IMG/VR virus record: IMGVR_UViG_3300045993_000169
Location: 1 to 55,093 of that record
From: a virus
Taxonomy: Duplodnaviria; Caudoviricetes
Direction: 5' to 3' (one strand)
Length of the DNA stretch: 55,093 nt
Part shown: in pieces, positions 52,940 to 55,093 of the stretch
Layout of the letters: each line of letters opens with the position of its first letter
Position numbering within the stretch: position 1 is the stretch's first letter
Position numbers and translations under genes: made by a program
Notes under the pieces: generated by a model
Told to the model about the DNA's origin: nothing
Databases searched by the model: none
The model's input: only the letters and a program-made list of their open reading frames with translations

Positions 52940-54615
52940 GCTTTACCTCCAATTGTCTTTGGTCTGAGCCCGAGTTCTCGCTGGGCTTTGTTGATCTCAT
53001 CGGTTGTTAGCTTTCTAACACTACCAACCTTGAGCGTGTTCTCAGGATCAAGCAGAATTAGTGGAGCTTTGGTAACAAGTCGACGGTCATTGTCATCTGG
53101 AAGAGCATTGTAGCCCTTCTTCTGCAAAGACTCGAAATATGCCTGTGCTAATGGGTTCTTCTTGTCGCCTTGCATGTGGACAAAGTCGTACCAAGTCTTT
53201 AAACCAAGTTCTTGCGTGTCGTACTTCTTGAGTTTGGTGTTGTATCCACGCTCTGACAAGAACTGACGTCCACTGATTGGAGCATTCCGGCCAGCAAGTT
53301 TGATCGAAGGAGTATCTAGCAGTTGCAAATATGTGTCAACACGTTCCTTCTCAGAAGGTGACGACAACTTCTTAACTGTTGAGTACTCCATCTCATAGCT
53401 GGCGTTCTTGTATGTCTTCTTACCGCCACCCTTTTTACCAGCGAGGGGTCCTATGGCAGGGAAAGCAGCCCGATAGTACTCTGAGTCTTCCATCAATCTG
53501 GATGCAAATAACGCACCCTTGACTTGTGCCGACGGGCCCATACTAATGCGTCGAATGGTCGTGTCTATAGCAAAGTTCTCGCCCTTTGTAGACAGAGCAG
53601 TATACTCAGCATGTGACATGGTCATAAATATGGGTTCATCTTTAACCATGTTCCACATGTACTGGTTCAAAGCTTTAGAACTGGCTTTTCTGTCGCGTCG
53701 AGTTTCAGTAGATCGATCCTGACTTTTGCTTACACCCCAATGCATACCAAGTGTTCCGTAGTGCTTGACGATCTTGTCGGGGAAGACCAACTGCCTTTGT
53801 GCCTTCAGAATATCCTCAGAAGAAAGCGGTTTGACTCGAAGGTTCTGCAGACTTCCTTTAGCATCAATGACTAGCCATGGTTCTTTGGCTGTGATGTTTC
53901 GGTCATTGTCATCAACAATCGCGTTGTAGCCCTTAGCCTGCAAGGACTTGAAATATGCGGAGTTGATTGGCAAGTTCTTGATGCCGTTATCCTTCGTGAA
54001 CTTCTGGTAATACATCATACCCAATTCGAGCGACTCAAGTTTCTTAGCCTGATGTCCGTAACCTTGCTCGGTCAGCCACTGCTTTCCGGTGATCGTCTTT
54101 CCATCAGCAGTCTTAATCGCGCGCTCATCCATAAGACGAACGAATGCGTCAACACGCTCTTTCTCAGAAGGTGACTTCAGTTTGACAACAACCTTCATTG
54201 TCACTTCATGGTAACCTTCAGAGGGACGACGGTAAGAGCCCAAGAACTTCGACGAAGGCATGATTCCGCGATAGATCTGTGCATCACTTCGAGTTCTCGA
54301 TACGAACAGATTGTTCTCAATCGTTCCATCGGGGTTTCGAGTAGTACGTCGCATGGTCTTGCCGACTGCGACTGTAACCTCTTTGGTCGAAAGGGCATCA
54401 TACTGGGATTTGGTCATACCCTTACGATTGATCGACTGACCGAAACGAGTTTTGAGTTCAGACTTCTGCTCCTTACGGAGATTCTTCTGACTTGCATTCC
54501 GCTCAGATCGCTGCGAATATGTCTCTCTAGTGACGCCCCACTTCATGCCCTTAACACCGAAGTGTTCTAGCGCTGGCTCGGGCGCTGAAGGTCTATCTCG
54601 TTCGGGGATGAGCAT
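52936..54615 (-). CDS. head-region protein with an internally duplicated domain, each half with the H.G..GM.WG tag
   Basis: SPSEKERVD and YF.SLQ.KGYNA..DDNDR each occur twice. Confidence 0.75.
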   Translation of the reverse strand: MLIPERDRPSAPEPALEHFGVKGMKWGVTRETYSQRSERNASQKNLRKEQKSELKTRFGQSINRKGMTKSQYDALSTKEVTVAVGKTMRRTTRNPDGTIENNLFVSRTRSDAQIYRGIMPSSKFLGSYRRPSEGYHEVTMKVVVKLKSPSEKERVDAFVRLMDERAIKTADGKTITGKQWLTEQGYGHQAKKLESLELGMMYYQKFTKDNGIKNLPINSAYFKSLQAKGYNAIVDDNDRNITAKEPWLVIDAKGSLQNLRVKPLSSEDILKAQRQLVFPDKIVKHYGTLGMHWGVSKSQDRSTETRRDRKASSKALNQYMWNMVKDEPIFMTMSHAEYTALSTKGENFAIDTTIRRISMGPSAQVKGALFASRLMEDSEYYRAAFPAIGPLAGKKGGGKKTYKNASYEMEYSTVKKLSSPSEKERVDTYLQLLDTPSIKLAGRNAPISGRQFLSERGYNTKLKKYDTQELGLKTWYDFVHMQGDKKNPLAQAYFESLQKKGYNALPDDNDRRLVTKAPLILLDPENTLKVGSVRKLTTDEINKAQRELGLRPKTIGGKA

Positions 54616-54632
54616 TCAACGCCTCCTTCCAG

Positions 54633-54875
54633 TTAAGCCTGCAATCGATCCAGAATATCCACAGGGTTTGGGAAGTCCTGTGGCGAGAAGTCTCGAAAAG
54701 CTCCAGTGGTCTTGTGAACAGAGAAGAAAGGATCGAGATGACCTTCAAGAGGATCTGGGTTAGGCGCTAGAAAGAGAAAGAAGTCGCCTTCTTCTGTAGC
54801 GCCTTTAACTACACTTCCTGCGGGAAGTTTCTTCAACACAATTTGACGTGCTTCAACAAGCGTCAACGGCTTCAC
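54633..54875 (-). CDS. hypothetical protein
   Basis: GGAGG RBS; FFSVHKTTG. Confidence 0.6.
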   Translation of the reverse strand: MKPLTLVEARQIVLKKLPAGSVVKGATEEGDFFLFLAPNPDPLEGHLDPFFSVHKTTGAFRDFSPQDFPNPVDILDRLQA

Positions 54876-54883
54876 GGTTCCTC

Positions 54884-55093
54884 CTATGCGTTAGTAGCCC
54901 AGCGGGACAAGAACTTCATGTCTAACGGCATGTTGTCCAATCGTGTAAGTTCAGCACCAGCGGGTATACCCCAATGCTCTGTTAGTTTACCTAAACCTTT
55001 AGAGGCGTCATACATTACGCCCTTCTGACTGTCAAAGATCATGGGTTTTCCACCGATAATCTCATAAGCCATACTGTGTCCAAATGATTTGAA
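54884..55093 (-). CDS. 3' end of a gene truncated by the window edge
   Basis: frame open to the edge; IFDSQ..RLDN. Confidence 0.55.
   Translation of the reverse strand, partial: FKSFGHSMAYEIIGGKPMIFDSQKGVMYDASKGLGKLTEHWGIPAGAELTRLDNMPLDMKFLSRWATNA

Overview
A large part of a tailed (siphovirus-type) phage genome, probably infecting an actinobacterium (host inferred). All credible genes are on the minus strand. Reading from 55093 down to 1: virion/head genes (portal, protease-capsid fusion), tail genes (three major-tail paralogs, tape measure, Dit, Gp37-like, FN3 protein), holin, an array of self-contained promoter-gene-terminator cassettes (about 31.1-35.35 kb), many small genes, a helicase-primase-PolB fusion, SSB, SF2 helicase, an ori-like AT-rich region, nucleases and a 910-aa protein with the motifs of a single-chain two-barrel RNA polymerase. 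The most notable inferred system is a self-contained phage transcription circuit. It consists of the putative RNAP (ADFDGD, three HTHs, an N-terminal tag shared with head-region proteins), 17 copies of a non-sigma70 promoter-like motif (WCGYRV-N13-THTAAT(GAGA)), cassettes that express small proteins or structured non-coding RNAs carrying repeated hairpins or a tRNA T-arm, and a free-standing copy of an RNAP subdomain. The window also holds a pistol ribozyme (12377-12455), a strongly strand-skewed AATATGG motif and a CpG-depleted left end. Terminase and endolysin are not seen. All family assignments come from motif recognition by eye, not database searches.
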